Shown here piece by piece: positions 37,190 through 47,612 of a stretch of DNA of 64,000 nt. The number at the start of each line of letters is the position of its first letter. The stretch's first letter is position 1. The DNA is taken from contig JBBQQC010000019.1 of the NCBI GenBank assembly GCA_038216465.1, positions 482-64,481 on the forward strand, given 5' to 3'. This DNA comes from Burkholderiales bacterium (GTDB taxonomy: Bacteria > Pseudomonadota > Gammaproteobacteria > Burkholderiales > Burkholderiaceae_F). A program made the position numbers and the translations under genes. A model generated the notes under the pieces. That model ran no database searches. It saw only the letters and a program-made list of their open reading frames with translations, and was not told the origin of the DNA.

Positions 37190-39202
37190 ATGCACCACCC
37201 GACAATGCAAGGCAATCAACGGGCTGCCCGGCGCGCTGGCGACTACGGCGAAGAGTCGATTCGCGTATTGAAGGGGCTCGAGCCGGTCAGGCAGCGGCCC
37301 GGTATGTACACGCGCACCGAAAGCCCGCTGCACGTCGTGCAGGAGGTGATCGACAACGCGTCCGATGAAATCCTGGCGGGCTTCGGGACCCGCATCGATG
37401 TCACGCTGGGCAAAGACGGCGCAGTCACCGTCGAAGATGACGGCCGCGGGATTCCGGTCGGACTGCACCCGGAAGAAAAGGAATCGGTCGTAGAGATTGT
37501 TTTCACGCGCCTGCACGCGGGAGGGAAGTTCGACAAGCGCGCGGGCGGCGCTTATTCGTTTTCGGGCGGACTGCACGGCGTCGGTGTCTCGGTCACCAAT
37601 GCGCTCGCTGCGCGGCTGGAAGTCACCGTGTGGCGCGACGGCAAGATGCACACGATGGCGTTTGCCGATGGGGAAGTCGCACAGAAGCTTAAGTCGGTGT
37701 CGGCGAAGGGGTTGAGCAAGGCGAGCGGCACGCGAGTGAAGGTCTGGCCCAACGAGAAATATTTCGACTCGCCGCAGATTCCGGTCGACGATCTTGAGCG
37801 CCTGCTGCGCAGCAAGGCGGTGCTGTTGCCGGGCACCGAGATCTCGCTGACGGTCGAGAAAGGTGGTGCCGCATCCGCGACGACGCAACGCTGGCGTTAC
37901 GAAGGGGGGTTGCGCGAATATTTGCTGGGCTCGCTGACCGACGATCCGTTGCTGCCGCCGTTCGAGGCAAGTGGATTTGCGGCGGCCGACGATCCAACCT
38001 TTGCCGAAGGCGAAGGCGCCAACTGGGTGATCGTCTGGACCGAGGACGGCGCTGTGACGCGCGAGTCGTACGTGAACCTGATTCCGACGTCGGCCGGCGG
38101 CACCCACGAGGCCGGATTGCGCGAGGGCTTGTTCGCCGCGGTACGCGCGTTCATCGATGCGCATCAGCTGCTGCCGAAGGGCGTCAAGTTGCTGCCCGAG
38201 GACGTGTTTGCGCGCGCGAGCTTCGTGCTCTCTGCCAAGGTGCTCGACCCGCAGTTTCAGGGGCAGATCAAGGAGCGGCTGCTCAGCCGCGATGGGGTGC
38301 GGCTGGTTTCCTTTTTCGTGCGTCCGCAACTCGAGTTCTGGCTCAATCACAACCCAAACGATGGGCGCCGGCTGGCCGAGCTCGTCGTATCGCAGGCGCA
38401 GGCGCGCGCACGCGCCGGCCAGAAGATCGAGAAGAAGAAGGGCTCGGCGGTCGCTGTGTTGCCGGGCAAGCTGACCGATTGCGAATCGACCGAGCTTGCG
38501 CGCAACGAGTTGTTTCTGGTGGAAGGCGACTCGGCCGGAGGGTCGGCAAAGATGGGCCGCGACAAGGAGTTTCAGGCGATTCTGCCGCTGCGCGGCAAGG
38601 TGCTCAACACGTGGGAGGTCGAACGCGATCGGCTGTTCGGCAACGCGGAAGTGCACGACATGGCGGTGGCGATCGGCGTCGACCCGCACGGGCCGAACGA
38701 TGAAGTCAACCTGGACGGTTTGCGTTACGGCAAGGTATGCGTGCTGGCTGACGCCGACGTGGACGGTTCGCACATCCAGGTTCTGTTGCTGACATTGTTC
38801 TTTCGTCACTTTCCGCAGCTGGTGCATCGTGGCCATATCTACGTCGCACGGCCACCGCTGTACCGCGTCGATGTGCCGGCGCTCGGTAAAAGACCGACGC
38901 GCCGCCTTTACTGCCTCGACGAAGCGGAACTCGATACCACGCTCTAAAAACTGATCGACGAGAAGGTGAAGGAGGGCAGCTGGACGATAGCCCGCTTCAA
39001 AGGCCTCGGTGAGATGAGTCCAGAGCAGCTGTGGGAAACGACGATGAACCCAGACACGCGGCGGCTGATGCAGGTGGGACTGGGCGACGTCGCGAACGCG
39101 GAAACTGCGGCGACGATGACGATGCTGATGGGGCGTGCCGAAAGCCAAGCGCGCAGAGCTTGGCTGGAAGAGCACGGCAATGCAGTCGAAGCCGACGTAT
39201 AG
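37190..39202 (+). pseudogene. parE: DNA topoisomerase IV subunit B interrupted by an in-frame TAA (38945-38947)
   Basis: GyrB/ParE motifs run throughout (YGEESIRVLKGLEPVRQRPGMYT, GGLHGVG, LFLVEGDSAGGSAKMGRD, ILPLRGKVLNTWE, DADVDGSHI). The frame reads ...[43 protein letters not shown], so the same frame continues across the stop. Start is 37190 or 37205. Confidence 0.9.
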
Positions 39203-39277
39203 CTCCGCTTTTTGCGGGCTTGTGCGAGCCTCGCTTATAGGCATACTCCGGCGCTCGATCGTCACCCAAGGGGCCTG

Positions 39278-41896
39278 ATGCAGGGGCCAGCCACCGTCGA
39301 TTCCCTGATCCTCGTCGCGCTCGGCGCAACACTCGCCGCAGCGCTGGGTTACTGGTTGATCTCGCGCGGAATTTGGCGGATCAGTGTCCGGTCCGAGATG
39401 ACCGAGCACAAGCTGATCGAGCACGAGCTGTCGAAGCGCCGCAAGCTGGTCGACGATCTGGCGGAGCTCACCTACGACTGGTTCTGGCGCGAAGACGCTG
39501 AAGGGCGCTTTATCGAGTTTTCAGTGGCAGTCGACGAGCACCTGATGCAAGGGGGCGCCGATCTGATCGGAAAGAAGCGGCTGGAGATGCCGGGGTTCGA
39601 AGCGGATCCGCAGCACTTGAGGCAATACCTCGGCCACGTCGAGGCGCGCGAGCCGTTTCCGTGGTTCACCTACCGCACGCAGCGCGGCGATGGCTCGCCG
39701 CAGTGGATCGCGGTCACCGGCAAACCGATCTTCGACGAGCAAGGCGAATTTCAGGGGTACTACGGCGCTGGCCGCGACGTGACCGAACGTGAGCAAACGC
39801 TGGCGGCGCTGCGCGAAAGCGAAGAACGGTTTCGCGCGCTGACAGTGCTGGTGACGGAGTGGTACTGGGAGACCGACGCCGAACACCGCGTGACGCGCCT
39901 GAATGGTGCTTCAGAATACGAAGAACGAGCGCAGCAGCTGATCTACGGACGCCGGCTCTGGGAAATTCCGGCATTCGACGCTTCGATGACGGCCAACTGG
40001 GAGGAGCTGAACTGTGACGTGTCCGAGCGGCGGCCGTTCAAGCACCTGAAGCTGAAGCTGCATCATGATCAGCTGGGCCAGAATAAGTACTTCGAAGTGT
40101 CGGGTCACGCTGCGTTCCAGCGCGGTGTGTTTGTCGGCTATCGCGGGCTCGCGTGGGATGTGACCGAGCGCGAATCGCTGATCGCGAAGATCTCGGACAA
40201 TGAAGAGCGGTTCCGCGCGCTGACCGAATTGTCGTCCGACTGGTACTGGGAAATGGACGACCAGCTGCGGTTCACGCGACTGCAGCGAGGCGTGCGCGGC
40301 GCCATCAACCTCGACGACGCCGACATTATTGGCAAGCACCGCTGGGACATACCGGGCGAGCTGATTCAGCCTTCATCGTGGGACGAACACCGCGCCGCTT
40401 TGCTTGCCCGCAAGCCGTTCCGCGACGTGATGTTCCGGCGCTGGATGCCTGACGGGTCGTTCGTCTACAGTGTTACCAGCGGTGATCCTGTCTATGACGC
40501 CGAAGGGAAATTCACCGGCTATCGCGGCATCGGGAAGAACATCACCGAACAGGTGAAGTCGCAGGAGCGTATCGAGCGTTTGGCCACCGTCGACGAGTTG
40601 ACGCAGCTGTCCAACCGACAGACGTTCGACGAACGCGCCGGTCGCGTGCTCGCCAACGCGTACGCAGGCGGCAAGAGTTGTGCTTTGCTGTTCATCGATC
40701 TTGATAACTTTCGCTTGCTGAACAACGGCTATGGCCACCGGGTCGGTGACCAGATGTTGTCGATCGTCGCAAGCCGGATGCGCAACGTGATCGGCGAGCC
40801 GCATCTGATAGGTCGACGCGGCGGCGACGAGCTGGTCGTGCTGTTGATCGACATACCGCGGATGGAGCAAGCGGCGGAAGTCGCAAAGGAACTGATCGCC
40901 TCGATCTCAGCGCCAGCGCGCGTGCTGGGAATGGATGTGTCGGTGACGCCATCGGTGGGCATCAGCTTCTTTCCGCGCGACGGCAAAATCCTCGACGATC
41001 TTCTGAATGCGGCCGACGCCGCGATGTATCAAGCCAAGGACAGCGGGCGCCAGACATACGCGTTCTACACGCCGACGATTGCGCGCCGCGCGGACTTGCG
41101 ACTCCGTCTTGAGCAGCGCCTGCGCAAGGCGGTTGAAGCGCGTGACTTCAAGCTCGTTTACCAGCCACTGATCTCGCTGAACGATGGCAAGCTGGTCGGC
41201 GCCGAAGCGCTGATCCGCTGGCGCGATGCCGAGCTTGGCGATATTCCCCCTGCCGAATTTATTCCGATCGCAGAGGAATCGGGGCTGATCGTCGCACTCG
41301 GCGAATGGGTGCTGCATGAGGCGTGTCGCGCGCGGCACGACTGGCGCATGCGGGGGCTCGACATTCCGCCGCTGTCGATCAATATGGCGGGCGTGCAGTT
41401 GCGCCAGCTCGGCTGCGTTGAAGGATTGCTGAACATCCTGAACGAACACGACGTGTCGCCGAACGACATCGAGGTTGAAGTGACCGAGACCGGGCTGCTC
41501 GACACGTCGGCAGTCTCGCGCGAAAACCTGGTGCGCATGCGCAATGCCGGCGTGCGCATCGCGCTGGACGATTTCGGTGTCGGCTTCTCGAGCCTGGCGC
41601 ACCTGCGCGATCTGCCGATCCATCGGCTGAAGATCGACCGCAGCTTCACGGTGGAGTGCATGCGTGACGCGCGGACGTTGACGATCGTCAAGGCGGTGAT
41701 TGATATGGCGCGCTCGCTGGGCATCAATATCACCGCGGAGGGCATCGAGACGCAGGCGCAGCAGACGTGGATGCAGCATCTCGGCTGCGATTCGGCTCAG
41801 GGCTATCTGTTTGCACGACCGATGAACGTCGATGATTTCGTGCAGATGTTCATTGATCGGCGCGGGGTGGGAAGAGAGCGGTCGTTGATGCATTGA
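39278..41896 (+). CDS. membrane-anchored multi-PAS GGDEF-EAL protein (diguanylate cyclase/phosphodiesterase)
   Basis: One N-terminal helix and four PAS/PAC-like repeats (recurring FRALTELSSDWYWE / W.WDVTER blocks). GGDEF domain has RRGGDELVVLL. EAL domain has GAEALIRW, LDDFGVGFSSL and KIDRSF. Confidence 0.9.
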   Translation: MQGPATVDSLILVALGATLAAALGYWLISRGIWRISVRSEMTEHKLIEHELSKRRKLVDDLAELTYDWFWREDAEGRFIEFSVAVDEHLMQGGADLIGKKRLEMPGFEADPQHLRQYLGHVEAREPFPWFTYRTQRGDGSPQWIAVTGKPIFDEQGEFQGYYGAGRDVTEREQTLAALRESEERFRALTVLVTEWYWETDAEHRVTRLNGASEYEERAQQLIYGRRLWEIPAFDASMTANWEELNCDVSERRPFKHLKLKLHHDQLGQNKYFEVSGHAAFQRGVFVGYRGLAWDVTERESLIAKISDNEERFRALTELSSDWYWEMDDQLRFTRLQRGVRGAINLDDADIIGKHRWDIPGELIQPSSWDEHRAALLARKPFRDVMFRRWMPDGSFVYSVTSGDPVYDAEGKFTGYRGIGKNITEQVKSQERIERLATVDELTQLSNRQTFDERAGRVLANAYAGGKSCALLFIDLDNFRLLNNGYGHRVGDQMLSIVASRMRNVIGEPHLIGRRGGDELVVLLIDIPRMEQAAEVAKELIASISAPARVLGMDVSVTPSVGISFFPRDGKILDDLLNAADAAMYQAKDSGRQTYAFYTPTIARRADLRLRLEQRLRKAVEARDFKLVYQPLISLNDGKLVGAEALIRWRDAELGDIPPAEFIPIAEESGLIVALGEWVLHEACRARHDWRMRGLDIPPLSINMAGVQLRQLGCVEGLLNILNEHDVSPNDIEVEVTETGLLDTSAVSRENLVRMRNAGVRIALDDFGVGFSSLAHLRDLPIHRLKIDRSFTVECMRDARTLTIVKAVIDMARSLGINITAEGIETQAQQTWMQHLGCDSAQGYLFARPMNVDDFVQMFIDRRGVGRERSLMH

Positions 41897-41988
41897 GTGG
41901 CGGGTAGGTAGGAGCAGCAGACGCTGGCGCGCTGCGACGGCGACGCCGTCAGTAGAATCCGCACCGCGCTGTCGTTTCGCGCCCCTCA

Positions 41989-44331
41989 ATGGCTGAACAA
42001 CAAACACTTTTCCCTGCCCCCGACAACAGCGGCGATGGCGATGATTCGCTGACGCTCGCGCGCTTTGCGCAACAGGCATATCTCGACTACGCGATCTCGG
42101 TGGTCAAAGGGCGTGCTTTGCCGGACGGCTCGGACGGGCAGAAGCCGGTACAGCGCCGAATTCTGTACGCGATGAATGCGATGGGCTTGGCCTCCGGTGC
42201 CCGTCCGGTCAAGTCGGCGCGCGTGGTGGGTGACGTGCTGGGCCGCTATCACCCGCACGGCGACCAGGCCGCTTACGAAGCGATGGTGCGCATGGCGCAG
42301 GATTTCTCGCTGCGCTATCCGCTGGTCGATGGGCAAGGCAATTTCGGCAGTCGCGACGGCGACGGGGCGGCAGCGATGCGCTACACCGAAGCGCGCTTGA
42401 CGCCGATCGCGCGCCTGCTGCTCGATGAAATCGACGAAGGCACCGTCGATTTCATGCCGAACTACGACGGCTCCACTCAGGAGCCCCGCTTGTTGCCGGC
42501 GCGCCTCCCGTTCGTGCTGCTCAACGGCGCATCCGGGATTGCGGTCGGTATGGCCACCGAGATTCCATCGCACCATTTGCGCGAAGTCGCGGCGGCGACC
42601 CTGGTGCTGTTGAAAAATCCGACAGCAAAGATCGACGACGTGCTGCGCGAAATGCCGGGCCCCGATTTTCCCGGCGGTGGTCAGATCATTTCGTCGCGCG
42701 CCGACATTCGAGACGTGTACGCCAGCGGCCGCGGCAGCGTCAAGGTACGCGCGCGTTTCGTGTTTGAAGAGCTGGCGCGCGGTCAGTGGCAAATGGTCGC
42801 GACGGAGCTGCCGCCCGGCGCTTCGTCGCAGCGCGTGCTCGAGGAAATCGAGGAGCTGACCAACCCAAAGGTTCGCGCGGGTAAGAAGTCGCTCAGCTCT
42901 GAGCAGCAACAGATGAAGCAGTTGGTGTTAGCGGTGCTCGACACCGTCCGCGACGAATCCGGCAAAGACGCGGCAGTGCGGCTCGTATTCGAGCCGCGCA
43001 CATCGAAGATCGATCGTGATGAGTTCATGCGAACGCTGCTTGCTCACACCAGCATGGAGGGCAATGCGCCGATCAACCTGGTGATGATCGGCGGCGACGG
43101 CCGGCCGCGCTGCAAGCCCGTGACCGAAGTGCTTCTGGAGTGGATCGACTTTCGCATCGCGACGGTACGGCGGCGTTCGACGCACCGCTTGCAGCGCGTC
43201 GACGACCGGATTCACATTCTCGATGGACGGCAACTGGTATTGCTGTCGATCGACAAGGTCATCAAGCTGATACGCAACTCGGACGAACCGAAGCCGGACT
43301 TGATGAAGGCGTTCAAGCTGTCCGAGCGGCAGGCCGAGGACATTCTCGAATTGCGGCTGCGCCAGCTGGCGCGTCTCGAAGGATTCCGCATCGAACAGGA
43401 ATTGGCTGAGCTTCGCAGGGAGCAGGCGGCGCTCGGCAAGCTGCTTGGATCGGACGCGGCCTTGCGCAAGCTGGTCGCCAAGGAAATCGAAGATGACGCC
43501 AAGAAGTATGGTGAGAAGGACTCGCGTCGCACGCTGATCGAGACGGCAGAGCGCGCCAGCGTCGAGCTGAAAGTAATCGACGAACCGGTCACCATCATCG
43601 TGTCTGAAAACGGGTTTGTACGGGCACGCACCGGCCATGGACACGACCCGGCGCAGTTCGCGTTCAAGACCGGGGATGCGCTGTATGGTGCGTTCGAGTG
43701 CCGCACGGTGGACACGCTGATCGCGGTTGGCAGCAACGGTCGAGCTTATTCGATCCCTGTTCGAGATCTGCCGTCGGCGCGCGGCGACGGTGCGCCGGCG
43801 ACGTCGTTGATCGATCTCGCGCCGGACACACGGCTGGTCGCGTACATCGCCGGGCCCGCGTCGCTGCCGCTGTTGCTGGCGACGAGCAACGGCTTTGGAT
43901 TCGCCGCCACGCTCGGTGACATGATGTCGCGGCAGCGCGCAGGCAAGCAGTTCATCAATGTCGATGTCGGCGCCGAGCCGTTGCGCCCGCACCCGGCCGA
44001 TGCAGCGACCGACCGCTTTATTGCCTGTCTGTCCGAGCGCGGTCGTGTTCTCGTCTTCGATGCGGCGGAACTGAAAGCGCTCGCCGGCGGTGGACGTGGG
44101 GTGACGTTGATGGATCTGGACGACGAGAAGCTGCTCGCGGCGCTACCGATTTCGGACAGCGGGGCGGTCGTCATGGCTACCAAGGGCAAGGCAGACAAGC
44201 CAGTCGAGGTGCTGCTGACCGGCGCGGCGCTGCAGGCGCAGCATGGTCATCGCGCGCGCAAGGGCAAGCTGGTCGATTCGAAATTGAAGCCGCCGTTTGG
44301 CCTGCGCAAGGCGGGCACCTCCGAACGCTGA
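41989..44331 (+). CDS. parC: DNA topoisomerase IV subunit A
   Basis: [65 protein letters not shown] and [10 protein letters not shown] (catalytic Tyr context). Confidence 0.95.
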   Translation: MAEQQTLFPAPDNSGDGDDSLTLARFAQQAYLDYAISVVKGRALPDGSDGQKPVQRRILYAMNAMGLASGARPVKSARVVGDVLGRYHPHGDQAAYEAMVRMAQDFSLRYPLVDGQGNFGSRDGDGAAAMRYTEARLTPIARLLLDEIDEGTVDFMPNYDGSTQEPRLLPARLPFVLLNGASGIAVGMATEIPSHHLREVAAATLVLLKNPTAKIDDVLREMPGPDFPGGGQIISSRADIRDVYASGRGSVKVRARFVFEELARGQWQMVATELPPGASSQRVLEEIEELTNPKVRAGKKSLSSEQQQMKQLVLAVLDTVRDESGKDAAVRLVFEPRTSKIDRDEFMRTLLAHTSMEGNAPINLVMIGGDGRPRCKPVTEVLLEWIDFRIATVRRRSTHRLQRVDDRIHILDGRQLVLLSIDKVIKLIRNSDEPKPDLMKAFKLSERQAEDILELRLRQLARLEGFRIEQELAELRREQAALGKLLGSDAALRKLVAKEIEDDAKKYGEKDSRRTLIETAERASVELKVIDEPVTIIVSENGFVRARTGHGHDPAQFAFKTGDALYGAFECRTVDTLIAVGSNGRAYSIPVRDLPSARGDGAPATSLIDLAPDTRLVAYIAGPASLPLLLATSNGFGFAATLGDMMSRQRAGKQFINVDVGAEPLRPHPADAATDRFIACLSERGRVLVFDAAELKALAGGGRGVTLMDLDDEKLLAALPISDSGAVVMATKGKADKPVEVLLTGAALQAQHGHRARKGKLVDSKLKPPFGLRKAGTSER

Positions 44332-44345
44332 GACTGGAAAACGCG

Positions 44346-44813
44346 ATGAGACTCATCTACACCACGTTGTTGTTTGCGCACGTTGCCGCCGTCGTGATCT
44401 GGGTCGGCGGTATGTTCGTGATGCACTTTGTCGTGCGGCCGTCGGCCGCGCGGTTGAAGGAGCCGGCGGCCAGACTGGCATTTCTTTCATCGGCGCTGGG
44501 CCGTTTCCTGTCGTGGGCCGCGCTTGCGATCATCGTGCTGCTTGCCAGCGGAGTGGCGATGATTCTGATCGGCGGCGGCTTCAGAAACGCGCATCTGTCA
44601 GTTCACCTGATGCTCGCGGTCGGAATGGTGATGACGGCGCTGTACCTGCATATACGATTCGCGCCGTTCAAGCGGATGCGGGCCGCGGTGATGGCCGGCG
44701 ATTGGGCGGGCGCTGCTGCAAATCTGGATATGGTGCGCAAAATGGTGCTGATCAATCTGGTGCTTGGTTTCGTGACAATCGCGCTGGCAACGATCGGGCG
44801 CGCGGTTTTGTAG
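44346..44813 (+). CDS. small CopD-like integral membrane protein
   Basis: Four hydrophobic helices. MRLIYTTLLFAHVAAVVIWVGGMFVMHFVVRP resembles CopD/DUF2214-type proteins. Function not inferable. Confidence 0.55.
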   Translation: MRLIYTTLLFAHVAAVVIWVGGMFVMHFVVRPSAARLKEPAARLAFLSSALGRFLSWAALAIIVLLASGVAMILIGGGFRNAHLSVHLMLAVGMVMTALYLHIRFAPFKRMRAAVMAGDWAGAAANLDMVRKMVLINLVLGFVTIALATIGRAVL

Positions 44814-44818
44814 CGCGT

Positions 44819-45700
44819 CTACAACCGAAGCGTTCCTTCGCTGACCATCACCGAGGCGCCGCCGACCCGCACCGCGCGTACCGCGCCGTCGCGCACATCG
44901 GCTTCGAGTTCGATACGGCTCGGCCGGCCCACCGCTTCTCCTTGCAATACAGTCCAACGCCGCGTGCCCGATCGATCCGGCGCTTGGCGTACGAGCCACC
45001 CTGCGAGCGCCGCGGCGGCTGAGCCAGTGGCAGGATCTTCGGCGACGCCCGCGCCCGGCGCAAACATCCGTACCTGCAACGTCGATTCGTCGATCTGCGC
45101 AATCGGATAAACCTCGTGTGCAACAAAGCCCGACAACGTGTCGCGCCAGCGCGTGAGATCGAGCTGCGCGCGCAGCAGCGAATTTGCTGACGCCAGCGGA
45201 ATCATCAAGTACGGTACGCCACACGACCACACCTCACCGGGCGCGGCGATGTCGGCGGCATCGAGTTGAAGCATGTCGGCAAGCGCGGCGCGCGGTGGTG
45301 CGCGCGCTTCGATTCGCTCAGGCAGCCGTGCTGTGGTAAAAGTACAGCGCACGATGCGGCCGCCATCGCGCTCGATGTGAACCGGTATCGGGCCCACGTT
45401 CTCCTCGAGCACCAGGTCGCTTGCGGTGGGCTGCAGCGACGCCAGCACAAACGCAGTGCCCACGGTCGGATGGCCGGCAAACGGCAACTCTCTGCGCGGC
45501 GTGAAGATGCGAACTCGTGCCGTGTGGCGTGCATCGGCTGGCGGCGTCACAAACGTCGTTTCAGAAAAGTTGAACTCACGCGCGATCGACTGCATCGTCG
45601 CTTCATCGATCCCGCGTGCGTCGGTCAGCACCGCGAGCTGATTGCCGCTGAACTGGCGGTCGGTGAAAACGTCGCAAGTGACGTAATGGAACGCGTTCAT
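44819..45700 (-). CDS. PhzF family isomerase-like protein
   Basis: MNAFHYVTCDVFTDRQFSGNQLAVL...NFSETTFV...RIFTPRRELPFAGHPTVGTA is the PhzF/DAP-epimerase-fold signature. Confidence 0.85.
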   Translation of the reverse strand: MNAFHYVTCDVFTDRQFSGNQLAVLTDARGIDEATMQSIAREFNFSETTFVTPPADARHTARVRIFTPRRELPFAGHPTVGTAFVLASLQPTASDLVLEENVGPIPVHIERDGGRIVRCTFTTARLPERIEARAPPRAALADMLQLDAADIAAPGEVWSCGVPYLMIPLASANSLLRAQLDLTRWRDTLSGFVAHEVYPIAQIDESTLQVRMFAPGAGVAEDPATGSAAAALAGWLVRQAPDRSGTRRWTVLQGEAVGRPSRIELEADVRDGAVRAVRVGGASVMVSEGTLRL

Positions 45701-45722
45701 TCGTGCGACTTTAGCCGAATCA

Positions 45723-47612
45723 ATGGTTATAGCGTCGCCCCTACAATCGCGCTCCGGAAATTCAGTCGTGCCTCAATCCCTCTATCTGTTGATCGGCGCA
45801 TTCGTCATGCGCCATTGGCGCGCCTACATTGCGTCGGCCCTGATGTTGATCGGCATTGCCGTTCTGACAGTGTGGGTTCCGCGCGTCGTGGGGCAGGCGG
45901 TCGACGGCTTAGTTGCGGGCACGCTGCGCGGCGGCGCCCTGATCCACCAGCTGGCGCTGCTGGTGATCATGGGCGCGGTGATTTACGTATTGCGGGTGGG
46001 CTGGCGCCTGCAGCTATTCGCCGCGGCGTACCAGCTCGGCGTAGAGCTGCGCACGCGGCTCTACGACCGGCTCGTGCTGCAGGGTCCACCTTTTTTCAAC
46101 CGCAGCCGCACCGGCGATCTGATGGCGCGCGCGACCAATGATGTCGATTCGATCGAGATGGCGGCCGGCGAGGCGTTCTTGGCCGGGTTTGACGGCACGC
46201 TTACTCTTATCTTGGTGATCGCCATGATGGCGCTCGGAATCGATTGGCGATTGGCGCTGATCGCGCTGCTGCCGTTTCCATTGATGGCGATGGCGTTCTG
46301 GCTCATTTCGCGCCGGGTGCACACGGCCTGGCGCGATTCGCTCGACCGCTTCTCCGATCTGAATGACCACGTGCAGGAGACGATTGCCGGAGTGCGCACG
46401 TTGCGCGCGCTGGGGCTTGAAAAGCACGCGGGACGCGATTTTGCACAGCGCGCTGCTGCCGCCGCCGACGCCAATTTCAGTGCGTTGAAATGGGAAGCCG
46501 CATACGAACCCGCCGTCGGCCTGACTCTGACCGCGGCCACTGCGTTGACGCTGGGTGTCGGCGGCTGGCTTGTGTGGCAGCAAGAGTTGACCATCGGCGA
46601 GCTGACCAGTTTTGCGATGTACCTGTCGCAATTGATCTGGCCGATGTTTGCCGCTGGCTGGGTGTTGTCTCTGCTCGAGCGCGGCAAGGCCGGGTGGACG
46701 CGGCTGCAGCCGACGCTGCTCGCTCCGCTTTCGGTAGCCGATGACGGCACCTTTACGCAACTCGGCACCGGCGCGCTCAGTTTCGAAGGCGTGACTTTCC
46801 GTTATCGGACAGATGCTTCGCCTGCGGTGGCCGACATTGCATTCGTGTTGCACGCTGGTCAGACGCTCGGGATCGTCGGCCCCACCGGATCCGGCAAGTC
46901 GACCTTGCTGTCGCTATTGCTGCGCCACTACACACCGGACAGCGGGCGAATCGTGTGGGGGAAGAGAGCGATACATGAATACCAGCTCGATACGCTACGG
47001 AGTGCGATCAGTTGGGTGCCGCAGGAAGCTTTTTTATTTTCGGCCACGTTGGCGGAGAACATCGCGCTCGCACGCAGCGATGCGACGCGCGTCGAGGTTG
47101 AGAATGCCGCGCGTCTGGCGGCGCTGCACGACGATATCGCGCGCTTTCCGCACGGCTACGAAACGATGGTCGGTGAGCGCGGCATCACGCTGTCCGGTGG
47201 GCAGCGCCAGCGCGCCGCGATAGCGCGTGCGCTGTTGACCGAGAAGCCGCTGTTGCTGCTTGACGACGCGCTGTCCGCCGTTGACACCGGGACCGAAACG
47301 CAGATCCTGGCGCATTTGCGGGGCGAACTGAGTGCGGCAACCAGCGGTCATCGCAGGCGCACTGCGATCATTGTCAGTCACCGTCTGTCGGCGGTCGCTG
47401 ACGCGGACATGATCATTGTGTTGAAGGCGGGACGCATCATCGAGCAGGGTTCGCACGTTCAGTTGCTGAATATCAACGGCTGGTACGCCGCGCAATGGCG
47501 CTACCAGCAGTTGGAAGCCAGTTTGGAAACAGACAGCGCTTCGCCGGGCCGTCCCAAGGAGCGCGACGTCCCTCTCGCAGGGACCGCGCGTAGCGCCAGG
47601 GCGCCCCACTGA
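45723..47612 (+). CDS. ABC exporter, fused permease/ATPase (MdlA-like half of a heterodimeric pair)
   Basis: Six-helix TMD, then GIVGPTGSGKSTLLSLLLRHY, LSGGQRQRAAIARAL, LLLDDALSAVD and IIVSHRLS. Start is ATG 45723 or in-frame GTG 45768. Confidence 0.85.
   Translation: MVIASPLQSRSGNSVVPQSLYLLIGAFVMRHWRAYIASALMLIGIAVLTVWVPRVVGQAVDGLVAGTLRGGALIHQLALLVIMGAVIYVLRVGWRLQLFAAAYQLGVELRTRLYDRLVLQGPPFFNRSRTGDLMARATNDVDSIEMAAGEAFLAGFDGTLTLILVIAMMALGIDWRLALIALLPFPLMAMAFWLISRRVHTAWRDSLDRFSDLNDHVQETIAGVRTLRALGLEKHAGRDFAQRAAAAADANFSALKWEAAYEPAVGLTLTAATALTLGVGGWLVWQQELTIGELTSFAMYLSQLIWPMFAAGWVLSLLERGKAGWTRLQPTLLAPLSVADDGTFTQLGTGALSFEGVTFRYRTDASPAVADIAFVLHAGQTLGIVGPTGSGKSTLLSLLLRHYTPDSGRIVWGKRAIHEYQLDTLRSAISWVPQEAFLFSATLAENIALARSDATRVEVENAARLAALHDDIARFPHGYETMVGERGITLSGGQRQRAAIARALLTEKPLLLLDDALSAVDTGTETQILAHLRGELSAATSGHRRRTAIIVSHRLSAVADADMIIVLKAGRIIEQGSHVQLLNINGWYAAQWRYQQLEASLETDSASPGRPKERDVPLAGTARSARAPH

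Noticed and set aside
37000-37200. Genomic island or integration site at the tRNA-Arg gene
   Set aside because: I could find no integrase, no direct repeat of the tRNA 3' end and no compositional break. The flanking genes (AI-2E permease, parE) are ordinary core genes.
37127-39424. 765-aa ORF on the minus strand, the longest ORF in this region
   Set aside because: It is antisense to parE, whose GyrB/ParE motifs are unmistakable. Its translation is Arg/Ala/Gln-rich with no recognisable motif and it runs across the tRNA-Arg gene. This is a typical shadow ORF of GC-rich DNA.
40907-42909. 390-aa and 307-aa minus-strand ORFs
   Set aside because: They are antisense to the GGDEF-EAL gene and parC respectively. 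Both partner-strand genes have strong family motifs and these ORFs have none.
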